Shown here one piece after another: positions 10,646 through 24,452 of a stretch of 64,000 bases of DNA; position 1 is the stretch's first letter; each line of letters starts with the position of its first letter. Below the pieces are notes generated by a model. It worked only from the letters and a program-made list of their open reading frames with translations, ran no database searches and had not been told where the DNA came from. The stretch comes from Antedon mediterranea (taxonomy: Eukaryota > Animalia > Echinodermata). Where the stretch lies: the NCBI RefSeq assembly GCF_964355755.1, contig NC_092678.1, forward strand, positions 25,623,365-25,687,364, in the 5' to 3' direction. A program made the translations under genes and the position numbers.

Positions 10646-13600
10646 AGTATTTTTATGGTATAGATAGAATAGTACTACTAGCCTAGGCTAGGCTAGTTGT
10701 AGTCGAGTTGGCATAGCTAGTACAGTAGTACTACTAGGTAGGCTAAGTTACTAGTCTAGGCTAGTAGTACATAGCCTAGCCCCCCCCCCCCCCATGCCAT
10801 GCTCCACCACCATCCTACGTAGCTCCCTCCCTGGTTCTAGTAAGTGGCATATTAGATGTTGATATTTATCCTCCTCATCTAGGCCTAGGGTATGCTCACA
10901 TATTGTCATAGTTTTTTGTTCAACAATAGATATTTTTAAGTGGTAAAAATAGTGATATATTATTAATTATATGTCATTGTCAGTACATGTTTCCAGTTTT
11001 ATTGCATTTTACTAGTTTTTCATATTCTGATGTTTGAGTGATGTTTTAGGTCTTACTATTTTATAACATTTTAAGCTTGTTTCTTTGACGAGAGTAAAAT
11101 CTGGAATAGTTTTTGTGACTGTCACTTAATATTTATTTTGATTTCTTTGTAAAAGCCAGAGGATCTATGTTTTCGCTCTAAATTGTTTAAAAAAAATTAT
11201 ATTTAATCATGAAAGTGTGAAAAAGACAAATGTTTAGGGGTTCATATCCTGGAGGAGGGTCCATCTGTAAAAATCATCAATTTGGGCCTAAAAAATAACA
11301 TATTGTGATATCCCAAGCAACCCACAATTTGAGAAAATCTAGGTTAGGTTGAAATAAATAAATGAAATATCTGGCTGACCGAGTTACTAATTGAACATTT
11401 TTTTTACAACATTACATGCAGTAGTAATACTAGTAGTAGTCAACTCATCAATGCTGTACAACCCTTCTGAATGTGTTTTACAAATACTGCCCTCTATAAT
11501 GTTAAAAAGACTGTAGGTAAACTATTACTATACTACAGTATTATAGAAGAGACAAAAAAGTCACCATAAAAAAAGGAACCAATTAAAATGGCTGCATTAA
11601 TTTAAGGTACACAGTTAGAAGTTGCGCCAACCATGTTTATTCACATGCCACTGCATTGTGTTACCTGCATGTTGAGGGCATCAACGTGAGCACGTTTTTT
11701 TCTTGTAATTATATGAATCACCATCCTCCATAACTAAGTAGAACATATTAATCTTTAAGAACCAACATTTGGGTCAATTCAGTATAATTTGTTACTTGCA
11801 ATTTAACATTGTATGCATCATGAGAGGAAATATAATCACTCCTTAAAACAAGTAATGTTTATTCATGATGAAAAGCTGATTGTATATATCATATCAGACT
11901 GATGACTATTAGGAATCAGGCTATAATAGCGCATAATGCAAAAGCCTCATGCTTACAGTATATAAAAATGCCAGAAAATATAAAAATGATTATTATTATT
12001 TATATATGCTTGGTGACCTCTTCAGTCAAAGACTGGTCTCCCAGGATAAGAGGGCCCAGATATGAGATAATATTTTTATTAAGTTTTTTTAATTATTCTG
12101 TCAGTCTTGGTAGGTTGTGAATTGAAATTATTTTTGAATTTTTCTAGCATTCTTGAATGATGACCAATCTAGATAATAAACTATAACAGTTTTAGTTTAG
12201 ATATAATCTTATTGTTTTAATTGGCAATTTAATATATTTATTAAATAACAGGTGTTGGTAACTGTGGCTGGTAATAGGAAATAAAAATATTTCCCAAGTC
12301 ATTATTGAAGTAACGTCTGCTGTTCCTACAGTCTATGCTCTGGTACACTTATCTTATAATATCCTTTCCTGTCAAAAACATCAATGAAAGCAAGTATTTA
12401 ATTTATGGTTTTCATACATAGTTATAATGTGTTGTTAAAATCTACCAGCTGGAAAATTGTACAATAATTAAACTGGCATTAACTGAAAAATTTGTTTAAA
12501 AAAAATTGTTTGCATTATGATCATTGAGGCTTTCAAGAATAGAGTAATTGAATGGCTAGGAAACATTGTAATTACCAGTATTTCAATCAATTATTTTTCA
12601 TATTTTATTTTTTTGACTAAAAAAGGGAATATATTGTAATATTGTGCCAAGTCCAATTGAATATTTCTTTTCTCACCCTCAAAATGAGTGGAATAATCAT
12701 GCGCTAATTTTTATCTCTTTAATAATAATATATTCATTAATTAAATATTAATTAAATTATTTTAAAATTGGTATAAATTTGGCCAAGCTAAGCCAATTGC
12801 ATATAAAAAAAACTGTGATGGTATTATGATACGTATTGGTGGTGCATGATGGGAAGACGTAAATGTTGGAAATCAGTAATTTCCTGTCTTGGTATGACGA
12901 CGATGTCCAACTAAATCCTGTTGCACCTAGATCCTCTAATGTATAACATTATAAACAAATTTCAATAACAGCACCTCAGTTTTCCATTTTAATTTGCAGA
13001 TTATATTTTAACATGAAATATAAGATTGAAATTAAACCATCGTTGTCATTCATGCATTGGACGGATTATTTCATTCGCCCCATAATTCATATTTTTATTA
13101 TATTGCAAAAATGAATATGATAATAAAATATCGACCAAGTGTTTTTAAAATCTAATCTAATATGACAGAACAGTACACATAACTTTAATACAGAATACTG
13201 TACTTAGACCATATAAGCACGGTTCTTCTCTATTGTGCCTTCAAATTTACTACTGTAACTGTATAGACCAAAATATATTTTATAAGTAGCGTTTGTAAGT
13301 AACATTGTAGAAGATTTTTGTTCCTAAAAAATAATTTTAAAAATGTATTTATAGCAACATTGGAAATTTTATGATTACTCCGTTCATTAGTGGTTGTAAT
13401 ATACTGTACCAAACTACTTCTTTGTTGTACGGTTCAAATCTGACAATTAGTCTTTGTCAAAGGCACTTTCTGATTGTCTAGTAATCTAGTAGTATTTTAT
13501 AATTTTTTGTAATCTTTGCATAAATTCTGAGTTTTAGAAAATGAGTATATTGATTTTGGTACAATATTCTACTCATCTCTGTGTATCCTACTTCATTGAC

Positions 13601-14900
13601 TTGATGATAGTAATGATACTACAGTACTTTTAATTGGCTATCTCTCACAAAGTGTGGGGTTCAACCCTAAACTAAGTTATTTTATTACACCAATGGGAGG
13701 ACAGTCACAACTTGCACCTTTTGGCAGCGTATCACCAGTTCTTTGAATTTGAATTTGAAATATTTTTTTTTTCATTATACTGGGTGACCTCTTCAGTATA
13801 TAACATAATAATGATGCATTAACATGTGAAATCAATGAAAACCAAAAGTTTGAAACTTTAAATGTCATCATAATCATATAAACAGTCAGTTTACTTATCT
13901 GTCAGTTCGTGTTTAAAGTGCATTTTTGTACACTAAATGGGTGTTCTAGTTGCAACATTCTTTATCAATAAATACCAAAGCCTACCTAAGTCGTAATGGT
14001 GCACATTTTTATCTTTATATAGGCTACATAAGATGATGTTGACACCAAAATGTTATGTCTGTACATTTGGTGTTGTTGACCTTATTATTTAAAAAAGAGT
14101 CAAGTGTACCATTTTAGCGTAAGATTCTCGCCGATGTAATTCATCATTGTATCCAATCAGAACATTTCCTATTGTGGAAAACCATAGCTTTAATAGTTTT
14201 ATCGAGACTTCCTTGATGTCCCTAACTGATGAGCGCTCACTGACTAAACCCAGAGCTTACAGGGGCCCCTGAGCAGAACCCAGAGGAAACTTACAGCCTT
14301 TAAAATATGTCAAAAAAAGGCTGAAAACATTGTTGAAGGGCCAAGTTGGTTCCTGAAGTAAGAAACTCATAAACAATAAACATTGCCCTTAACAATAACA
14401 TGTACTTATTGATCTGCGGTTTATATTTTGACTTCGCTATCAGCTTTTTATGCTAAAGCATCATAACTCCACTTGTGAGAACATAGCCATAAACCATGTT
14501 GATTCCAAGAAATGATTTTCTCGTTCGTTCCACTAAATGCAAGTTGTATTCTGTGCTTTAATATCAAGTAGATCCATCATCAGGGAATTATACATTTTTA
14601 AACGTGTATTGGTGTAAAATATGAAAAATAATAAAGATGAAATAAAAATTTGAATAGGCCATTTTGTAATTTTAATTCAAGTTATTCAGTTTTTGTAAAA
14701 ACAAAATTAACAAAAATTACAATTTTGCTTATAAAAAAAGCAAAAAAAAAAAATTACATTTATTTATTTATTTATTTATTACCATATTTACTGAGGGTAG
14801 CCTATCCAGTTCCTAATAGAACTGATCATTCAGGGCCCTCGACAATCCAATCCAGACAATAGGCTTCCCAGTCCAGTTTTTTCTTCAAATTTACTCTTAA

Positions 14901-15025
14901 TCTCTGTCTACACTATCAAACTAGTTTGACAAAATAGTCTGATGTGCCCAAATATGGTAGTGATACAGTATACCCAAATATGGTAGTGATATGTCATTAT
15001 CATGTCCATATATGGTCACATTTTT
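14901..15025. mobile_element. MITE family A copy (truncated)
   Basis: ctctgtctacactatcaaactagtttgacaaaa...gcccaaatatggtagtgatat...catgtccatatatgg, matching 1098-1247. Confidence 0.75.
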
Positions 15026-15284
15026 TGTATTGTGAATAACTATTAATGGCCTATTCAACAAATATTTGTTTTTTAAATAAATTAATCAAAAGCACCAATT
15101 TGATTTAAATATATCTACCTAATTAGCACATTTGTGTTATAATAATTGCATGTTATATTTTTTTAATATTATTTTTTTTATAGAAAATTCTTGATATAAA
15201 TGATGAAAAAAGTGTCATTTTCAACGACTGTTTTTCATTAGACATCAAAATAAATGTTTGTTTTTTGCATTCTTTCAATCCTTT

Positions 15285-18200
15285 TCATGTGACGGTATCA
15301 ACCATTTTGATTGTCTGTTTTCTAAACTTTTCTCTGTTAGATGTGTTCCTTTGGACGTGGTTATAGTTTGGTGGTTCCTCATCTATAATAGGCCTAGAAG
15401 AATTCACTTCAATTTCAGTTCTATTTTCATCATTGCGAACACTAATTTCAGCCGTTTCCATAGTTTCTATATTATCCACAGAATCACGATTGATCACAAT
15501 ATTTTTCAATAATTTAGTTTCTTTCTCTGAATTGAGTTCGGTTTCTATTTTCATACAAAGATTATAATCTGGTGGCGCTTCACTATTAGCAACAGCGTGG
15601 TGATGATCAGTTGATGAACGACGGATGGAATCTGAAATAGAAATGAAAATTAGTTTGATGATACAATTACAAGACTATATTAAAATTATCACAACGATAT
15701 AAAACTAGATTGAATTAGCATACACTTAAGTAATTTTAGCTGGTATAGTTTGTGGATTATGCTGCCGAGTTAAATGCAATGAAGCATTGAAACGTGTAAA
15801 CGGAATTCTCTAATTAAAAATAACCAAAAACCATAACTGATCACATCGCGGCGGCTCGTCAGAGTTCATCCATAGTACACTGCCCTCAAGATTGTACCCT
15901 ATTTAATGGTGTTTGAGATAGATCTATACATAAATAAACTTCCAAGATTTAATGAAATGAGAATTATTAATTAAATTGTGTTTATTAAATCCTTGGGAAT
16001 TATGATTCCCCTTTGGCGATTTCACAATCCATATGGAACTAAAGATGTTAGAATTTTGTATAGTAATGGAAATCCTGGTTAGTATACACAAATTATTTGT
16101 TCACATTATTGAATTAAATACAAAGATTGTATACATTATTTAATGAACAGCAAATTCATGTTTAATGAAGTTGAACCCCAGCAATATGATGCATATCTCG
16201 TCATTACCGCTGTCTGTCCTTGTACGCTTATTTCTGTTCCCTATTATTTTATCTACATCCTCTTCAATTTATATATTCGCAATGCTTTTTGAAGTACAGT
16301 AATCTTTATAGTAATAGGTTATGCCCGGAGTTTGTGTAAATACATTTGTAGCGGTATTCTATCATTTTTAATGGATTAGTATTAATAGACTTGGCCCAAG
16401 TCTGTAGTTATTGACTTTGTAGTAATTGTCTTTTTTATGTTAGTCCACCAAGTTAGATTTTCGATTTTTGTCTAAAAACTACAAATTGTAATTGATGAGC
16501 TCTAAGTATTGTAAGTATGAAATGCCATATGTGCCAAAATATTTATCTTTGTAGTTATTGTCTTTTTTATGTTAGTCCACCAAGTTTCAATGTTTGTCTG
16601 AAAACTACAAATTGTAATGTAATTGATGAGCTCTAAGTATTGTAAGTATGAAATGCCATATGTGCCAAATCATCTTTTTAATAATTACGTTCTAGAACCT
16701 AGACTATATTGTATTATCTGCAGTTCAGTATTCAATTATTATTACTCTGCCTGCACATGTGCCTGGGAACATCATCGACATCTGCGACGATCTGCAACTT
16801 TTGTTTTATTTCACATTTATGATTACACAGCTTTCATTAATAGTTGAATTATGATACTAAACACTTCAACTATGTTTTTGTTTTGTTGAGCTAGACTCTC
16901 AGTCTGTTTTTCATAACTATACATTCTCGCAATACCGGACACCCTTAGGCTAGGTTTTGGTTTTCTGGAAACTTGGAATTTGAGAGTAATATTGTTTTAG
17001 TTAGTTAGTTCCTCAATCATACTAGTACAGTAGTATCGGTAGCCATTATTGTATTTCTAATAAATTAAAAGTTAACAAAATACCAATAAATAAAACATTT
17101 GTGTTTTATACTTGATTTTAGATAAATTTAATATATTAATTATTTATATTACACCTAAATAAATTCCTGTCATTTGATTAAACGATTGTGGGTCACATGG
17201 TGTGCAATAGTACGCAGGTCACATGGTGTGCAATAGTACGCAGGTCACATGGTGTGCAATAGTACGCAGGTCACATGGTGTGCAATAGTACGCAGGTCAC
17301 ATGGTGTGCAATAGTACGCAGGTCACATGGTGTGCAATAGTATGCACTATTTAACAATTTATTAGAAATGTTCACCTGGTTTGTACTACTAAAAGTTGAT
17401 TGGTTTGTTAAGAAATTTCTAACTCATATAGTAATTTCTTTTTACCATTTACCATTACATTTTTTATTCTTTGTTTTTTTATAAAAAAATTTAACTTTGC
17501 AAGCCAGTGACAATGACTACTGTAGCTGTGGAGGATTGTAAAGTAGTAACTAGAAAAAACTGTAATTATCAATTTAACAAAGCAATAGTACATTTCTATA
17601 GATCAATTAATTATATTATTATTATATTACAGTCCTATAATCCCCTGTAAGCCATTGTTCTTAACATGTGCATTTTCTATGTTGCTATACAAAGGCTGAA
17701 TAAGCCTACAATGTAAATTATACAAGTGTCTAATTTTTGTAGTTTCCTGAGGTTACTCACTCTTCCCTGTTAATACAAAGGTTATCATTTAAAAGTTCAT
17801 GTAATAAACATTTTAGAGCACCATATTCTTCTATTCCTGTTCGTATTAATGTGTTATCTGTCAGCATTCCTAGATACACATGATATTTTACACTATTAAA
17901 GTACTGCAATTTCTATTTTACAAACAAACTTTGTTCACCCAGTATGGTAAATACTGTAGATAAATCCTTGAATTGGTTATGCTTATTAAATATGTATAAT
18001 AATAACCAACTACTCTCGTAGCATATAACAGATTACCTCTGGGAATTGATTTCATATTGCAATGAATTTTTAAATCTTTTATATAAAGCAACATTTTGAA
18101 TTAACTTTTGAATTGATACCCAAAGGCCTATCCATATGTAGTAGGTAGCATTAGATGTATTAGTACATTCAATATGCCTATTACATGAATATAACGATTG

Positions 18201-19298
18201 ATTAATTAATAGCAGGATCTAGTGTTGTCAGCAATGCTCAGTGGTGCATTACATTTTGGCTAACTCTTAAGAGAGAATCCTGTCTGGAGACAGTCATCAT
18301 ATTAATAATACTGGGTCTACTGTACCTTAAGGGACCCATATCTCATTAATTACATGTTTCCGCTTTACATTTTTTTGTTGTTTTTTTTTGTCGACTAACT
18401 TTATTTATTGTATGGAGGTTTTTTATTGCATGTATTATCTCGTAACCCCTCTCTTGATTGTGTACAAAACTGTTGATTATGTTGTCGAGATAAGAGAAAT
18501 AAATGTTAAGGAATTATTAATATGAGGTCAGGGTAAAATTCTACATTCTTATTAATTAATAGGGGGTGGTCTTTAATGGTACCATTCTATATTAATAGGT
18601 CTATTTTAAGGACCGTCCTATTAATTAGTAGGGGTCTATAATGGTACCATTCTATATTAATAGGTCTATTTTAAGGACCGTCCTATTAATTAGTAGGGGT
18701 CTATAATGGTACCATTCTATATTAACAGTAGGTCTATTTTAAGGACCTTTCTATTTATTAATAGGGGGTCTACTTTAAGAACTAGGTGTGATTGCGACTT
18801 CAAGCTTTAACTAAAACTTTTAAAAAGTTTCCGAATACTTACGGACACTAACAAGCCTTGCAAGTCTTCTGGGTACGAAGCCTGCCCTCTGTTGTTGGCC
18901 TTGCTGTCGTTTACGCAAGACAGCCATTACTATTAAACAGAAAATGAGAAAGACACACACGCCACAAAGAGCTCCTATGATAATGGCTCCAGCTACTGAT
19001 ACTGAAATGGTAAAATATTGATTACAAAATCATAAATATTGCTGTTGATAAATTGTACCTGTAACTGATACAGTGATAGCAATTGAGAGATTGAATATAA
19101 TTATGGATGGAGGGATTATTTGATTTTGATATAATATGTACAGTATTGTTTATGTAGTGTAAATACATTAAACCTATACAGTAAATTGTATTAATTAATA
19201 GGTCCTAGCTAGCATACAATTAATAGGTAAAATGTTAAAAATAAAAGCTTACAATTGGTTTTGTCTTCTGCTGGCGGCATTGAGACTGTGGCATCCAT
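15285..19298 (-). CDS. Uncharacterised 183-aa single-pass membrane protein with two PPxY motifs (paralog A). Exons 19298-19253, 19001-18843, 15631-15285
   Basis: Spliced product MDATVSMPPAEDKTN-LSVAGAIIIGALCGVCVFLIFCLIVMAVL-RKRQQ...RLVSV-HSIRRSSTDHHHAVANSEAPPDY...EEPPNY...VDTVT*. Donors are GTAAG, acceptors TTTCAG, and both introns are phase 1. Confidence 0.75.
17191..17346. repeat. 26-bp minisatellite, 6 copies
   Basis: Unit ggtcacatggtgtgcaatagtacgca starts at 17191, 17217, 17243, 17269, 17295 and 17321. Confidence 0.95.
18560..18780. repeat. Degenerate ~62-bp tandem repeat, about 3 copies
   Basis: ggggtctataatggtaccattctatattaataggtctattttaaggaccgtcctattaattagta repeated. Confidence 0.85.
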
Positions 19299-20011
19299 AA
19301 TGCACTAGGCCTACTGATCAAAAAAAAATATATGGATTATTCACTGAATTGATTTGAATTGATTAATCTAATAATACAATACTTAGAAAATAATAATAGA
19401 TAAACTAGGTCAGCAGACATCGTATCCTACACGCGTATCCGACCGCGGTGCGCTTGATCTTTACGCACTTCCGAAGCACATAGTGACGCGCACGTGCCTT
19501 GTATATCACGCGCGTACATAGCTTGTAGCAACGGCAGCAGCAGCGATACCACTGTTGTGGTAGCGGTACGTTACGTTACGATATTATTTATTATCATTTT
19601 AACAACGGGCTGGTACAAATAAAATTTGGTTACAGACGTGTACATCGACGATCTATACTCACGACCTTGCCAAAATCATGTCTTATACGACCGACAGTCA
19701 CGTAAAGCATGTTTTATCGTTCGTGTGCACTAGATGGATGTCATTCATTTAAGATTGAATATAATCCCATCGATGTGCTATAGCGAGAATTCACCGTGCA
19801 TCTGGTACTAGGAACTGTGTTCAGGACGTTCACCTAATGTGTTATAATGTCGTAATTTCGGAAGTCTAGTCATGCATATTATATTCCGTTGTGCGACGTC
19901 ATCCATATCCATTAATAAATTATACTGACGACGGACGAAAAATATCAGTGGAATTGTCACAGTTCTCTAAACCATCGTAGTAGTGTGTCGTTTTGGACCG
20001 GATGCTCTTAA

Positions 20012-20355
20012 GCGTGGTTCCCACTAGCGACGCAACGCAAGGACGTAACGCAACTCAAGTGAATTGACCAATCACAAGCGATGGCTTATTCGCTTGTGAA
20101 TGCTAACTGTCTATAACTTCGCTTGTCATTGGTTAAAACGCTTGCGTTGCGTGTACGTCCTTGCGTTACGTTCTAGTGGGAATAAAGCATTTAAGCATGG
20201 TATCCACTAGCGACGCAACGCAAGGACGTAACGCGCAACGTAAGTGATTTAACCAATCACGCGACGATGGATTATTCGAACAGTGGCTTGTCATTGGTCA
20301 ACTCACTTGCGTTGCGCCTACGTTCTTCCGTTGTGTCTCTCTATGGGAACCACAA
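20012..20355. mobile_element. MITE family B (TIR gcgtggttcccactag), two adjacent copies
   Basis: Palindromic units ttcccactagcgacgcaacgcaaggacg...gaccaatcac...attggt...ttgcgttgcg...ctagtgggaa separated by ttaa. Relatives occur at 26690-26815, 48563-48628 and 49388-49740. Confidence 0.8.
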
Positions 20356-23300
20356 TTTAGGGAGCGCGCGAAAAGTGGCCGATTCGCTCGCACGATCGTG
20401 TCGGCGTTGATACATCTATAAAAACATAGAGATATTATAGTGATAAAATAATAGCTCTATAATAAAAAACATATTCAATATTAAAACACACTTTAGTGAA
20501 ATATTAAACTCGTGGCATTACAGTATATCATCATCATCGTGCCGGATGTGAATCAGAAATACAATCTTGCACTGAAAATTCAAGGCCGACGGCGTTATGT
20601 CAAAAATCGTTTCAGCAATAAAGAAAAAAACGTTGAAAATAATATTAATACCAGTATTTTTTTTATGTGATAAAACGCAGGATACGCACTGACCTCGACG
20701 AAGCGGGTAGAAGAATTCCAAGTTTAGTCGAACCCTCTCCACACGAATCTTTTTTTTTTCTGCTGCAGCTTTTCGGGTCGAAGCAGGTTTTGGTACGAAA
20801 AAATGGATTACTTCAACTACATACCATAATTAATGCGCGTTATTAATATGTCGGTTCATTGTTCACACCACCACGGCATTCGATACATGAACTATTAGGT
20901 CAGCCTGTATTAGGTCATGTACCGAATTCTTACGAAAACAACATCCGACACGTCATTAATGCTCATGAGTGTTGTATCCGTTACGCAATACCGTTCACAA
21001 CATTTTGTTTACGAAATTAATGCGATGATGACCATTAAATATTAGTCTGAAATCTGTTGCCAAGCAACACGTACTTGGTTCGTAGAACAATTCGTTACTC
21101 ATGACACGTGCCCGTGCGGTGCCATCTCCATCTAATGGAGCACTTAAGTAGGTTCTAACTCCAGGCTTGCTGGTGCGCGTTTACAACAGGCTTCAAATCA
21201 TGTGTGCTGTCAGCCAAAAAACGGTAACATTTCATAAAATAAATACAAATTATTCTATAAAATGCAGCGATGGAATACCCTATTATTTTGGTAGCAATGA
21301 ATATGTTGGTTGAATTAATTACGTTCGCGTCCAAAAAGCCCACCGGATTTCCGCAATTAATTTAATCGTCAAGGTCTGAACAATTAAAAAAGGCATAACA
21401 AAAATAAATTATTTGAATTATAAATGTTATTAAAATAAACACAAATGATATTGACAATTACCGTGCCTCATCGACAATTCGACGCACGCGTGCAAATGCC
21501 GTACCGTGCCATTGTGGTTCACATCGTGGTTCTAAGCCTATGTTTGTACGTTAACTGTAGATCAATCATATCCGTAATGTGTAAGACCATGCGAAAGATT
21601 ATATTCGATGAAGTCGATTGCAATCTTCATTCTACACCCCTCCAAAATTCGAATAAGGGGGGGGGGGGGGGGGCCTATCTATAACTTACAGTACTAATGA
21701 AACCCAGTAGCTACGTACGTATGTATTATGGTGAATGTGTCCAAGTACCCGCCTAAATCCATGAATGAAACCACAGTAATTGCCAACACATCAATAATAA
21801 TAACAATCGCTGTATAACACATCAGTTTCTATTATCATTTACATAACCTTCTTCAAAAATGCCAGTATACATATTCTAGCTTACCAATTCATGAATAATA
21901 GTATCGGCACTGCGAGTCCATTACAAACTATACCTCCTAACAACTCAATTACCGGCAGATAATTAGCACGGAAGGCATAGACGTACGTATGATGCCTTAG
22001 ACAGGTTAGGGGCAATTAAAATACCAGTAAATGAATACTTTGCTGGCCTATGCTGTTATTTTTTTATTGACCCACATATCGACGATTCACGCGCGCGTAT
22101 AGTTTAGCAAGTGGACTAACAAATGTACGGGTCGCACATTGACATAAATTAACAATATCCCGAACTGCGCCCCGTATTATAAATATTGATAAAACTACAG
22201 TACTGTACTTACTAAGTTTTCAAGCGCAAAAGTGGTTTCAATATCGGACAACCTATTTCCAACCTACCTACAAGTTCGAATCGAAAACGTGATATCTACC
22301 CTAATAATATCTCTCATATTTCGTGATTTATTTTGTCTCAAAACTTTCATACCGAAAGTTCACAAAACAGCAATATTGCAGGTAAACTCGTTACACCATC
22401 ATGAGTCATTTAACAACTTTTTTTGGACACCGATACAGTTGTCCGAGCAGAAAATCTTGGATAATGGTCACTTTGTTTAAACCATAGAGATATTATAGTG
22501 AACTATAATATCTCTATGTTTAAACCAGACATTCTACAATTGTTTTTTTTTAATAAGATTATTTTTTAGGAAGATAATTTATTGGTTTATGGAACAGAAT
22601 TGTGCTTTTATCAGTGATACCTAATTGGGAGTGTCCATGAGAGATATATATTTGTATAACAGGATTCTCTAGCGTGACCGTGAATTATATTTTATCTCAA
22701 CCAACAACCGGTCTTACCACCAACCACCACAACAACAACACAATGTACAGTACCGGACAGTGGTAGGCCATAGAGATCTCTGTGAAGAGTAGGAGGCCTA
22801 CTACGGGTCAGTCTAATTACCGAAAACAACCGAAAACAACCGAAAACAACCGAAAATAACCGAAAACAACCGAAAACAACCGGAAACAACCGAAAACAAA
22901 CCGGAAACAAACCGAAAACAAACTTTAAAAAATCTAATTACCGAAAACAATTTTTTTTTTATGTCGCCCTCTATATTAATGATATATTGAAGTAGATAGC
23001 ACTGCGTTATTACACGTGAGCCTTGGTAGGATCTGACGAGTATACGGCACCAAAATCAGGGGCGGATCCAGGATTTTGAAATAGGGAGGTGTGGGGGGGG
23101 GGGGGAGCAAAGGTAAAGTTTTCCCCTATGACATGTTCATTTCAAACTGAGAAGCAAAAAGCAAAGCTAAATACGTCAGAGGTGTTTTTTGTTTTATAGT
23201 AGGCCTATATACCCCCACCCCACAAATAATCCACTGAAAATTAATTAAATAGTCTATTATTTATTAAACTTTGTTATTCGATGGCCATATAACAGCTAGG

Positions 23301-23952
23301 AGGCCTACTAAGAAATTTGTAATGCCTGAGATGATCATTGTGGGTGGGTGGGTAAGTTTAGTTCTGATAAATGATAAGAAGTATTGGAACCATGGTGGGG
23401 CCTGTGGCGAAGCTAATTTACTCCCATGACACCCCTAGCTAGATGGCCGGAAATGGGTACTCTCGCGCGTAAAATTCATGAAAAATGGAACCTCATAACT
23501 CATATCATTTGACGTTATTTTAATGTTGATTCTTGAATTTATTTGTTCACTAAACGAATAACTGTAATTTATTTGAATGCAAATAGAGAGAAAATGATGC
23601 CTGTGCTCACGCATGAATTTGTTCAAAGTACTTGTTTCATTAAAAAATCACTTTGAAAGAAAGAGTATAGCTAGCTAGCCTTCTGGTGTAATGCCCAATT
23701 CACCACTAGACTTTACAAGTATTGTAATACAAATTAAAATCAAGGTTAAAATTAAAAAAAAAATATATAAAGTTAATAAAACATTTATTAAATAAGTTAA
23801 ATTCTTAATTCCAGCAGTGTGCGTTTTAGAGAGGATTCATTTTAAGTCTTTTGCAGCGACAGCTTAATTTTGATTAAGTTGTTTAACAATTAAACGTAAT
23901 GTTGTTTCCCCTGATTAATGAGTTAATGAATGTTTTTCTCCGTTGAAATATA

Positions 23953-24100
23953 TATACTGGACCTACGGTTTATAGTCCTTATCCGAGAAGACTCGTCTAA
24001 CCACCAGAACCACGGAGTGAGTGAGCCTCGAACCCCTGCCGATGTTATGGCTACGTAATTACTGTTCCACTGTCTTAACCGCTCGGCCACTCACTCCCTA
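23953..24100 (-). mobile_element. tRNA-derived SINE, 3'-truncated
   Basis: The minus strand begins ggagtgagtggccgagcggttaagac (box A) ... ggttcgaggctcactcactcc (box B), followed by cttctcggataaggactataaaccgtaggtcc. A second copy lies at 33580-33950. Confidence 0.8.
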
Positions 24101-24387
24101 CGAATGTCTACTAATGTTGATTTGCAAAATTATTGGTTTAGGTTCCCGACCAAATCAACATTAAACTCAGATTTTCGCCCAGTTTCTAACCTTCATACCT
24201 TAGGTAAGATTATTCAGTATCTAACCATTTCCTGTCTACTTTATGAAACATATCAGTCGGTATAAATAATATAATAAATCTCATAGTACGGAAACTGCTC
24301 TATCGCGTTAAAAGTGATATATTATGTTGATGAAACCTGATAAAGGGTGATATATTATGCTATAGTTTTGGCAGTTTTTTTTTATCC

Positions 24388-24452
24388 TTTTGATACGATA
24401 GATCACGACATCCTGATCAGTCGTATGCAGAATGAATTTGGCATTACTGGCT
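24388..24452 (+). mobile_element. Short LINE reverse-transcriptase fragment
   Basis: Translates as FDTIDHDILISRMQNEFGITG, matching the (A)FDTxDHxxL motif of L2/CR1-group RTs. Confidence 0.65.

Noticed and set aside
14220-14295. Hammerhead ribozyme or C/D snoRNA (ctgatgag...ctga...gaaac)
   Set aside because: I could not build the required stems around CUGAUGA/GAAA, and the C-to-D spacing is too short; an Infernal/Rfam scan would settle it.
22692-22910. ORFs at 22692-22910 and 25532-25768
   Set aside because: Translations of the 10-bp tandem units in the transposon TIRs.
24010-24100. tRNA gene
   Set aside because: Box A/B are present, but the sequence continues into a SINE body shared with 33580-33950 and a canonical cloverleaf is not evident.
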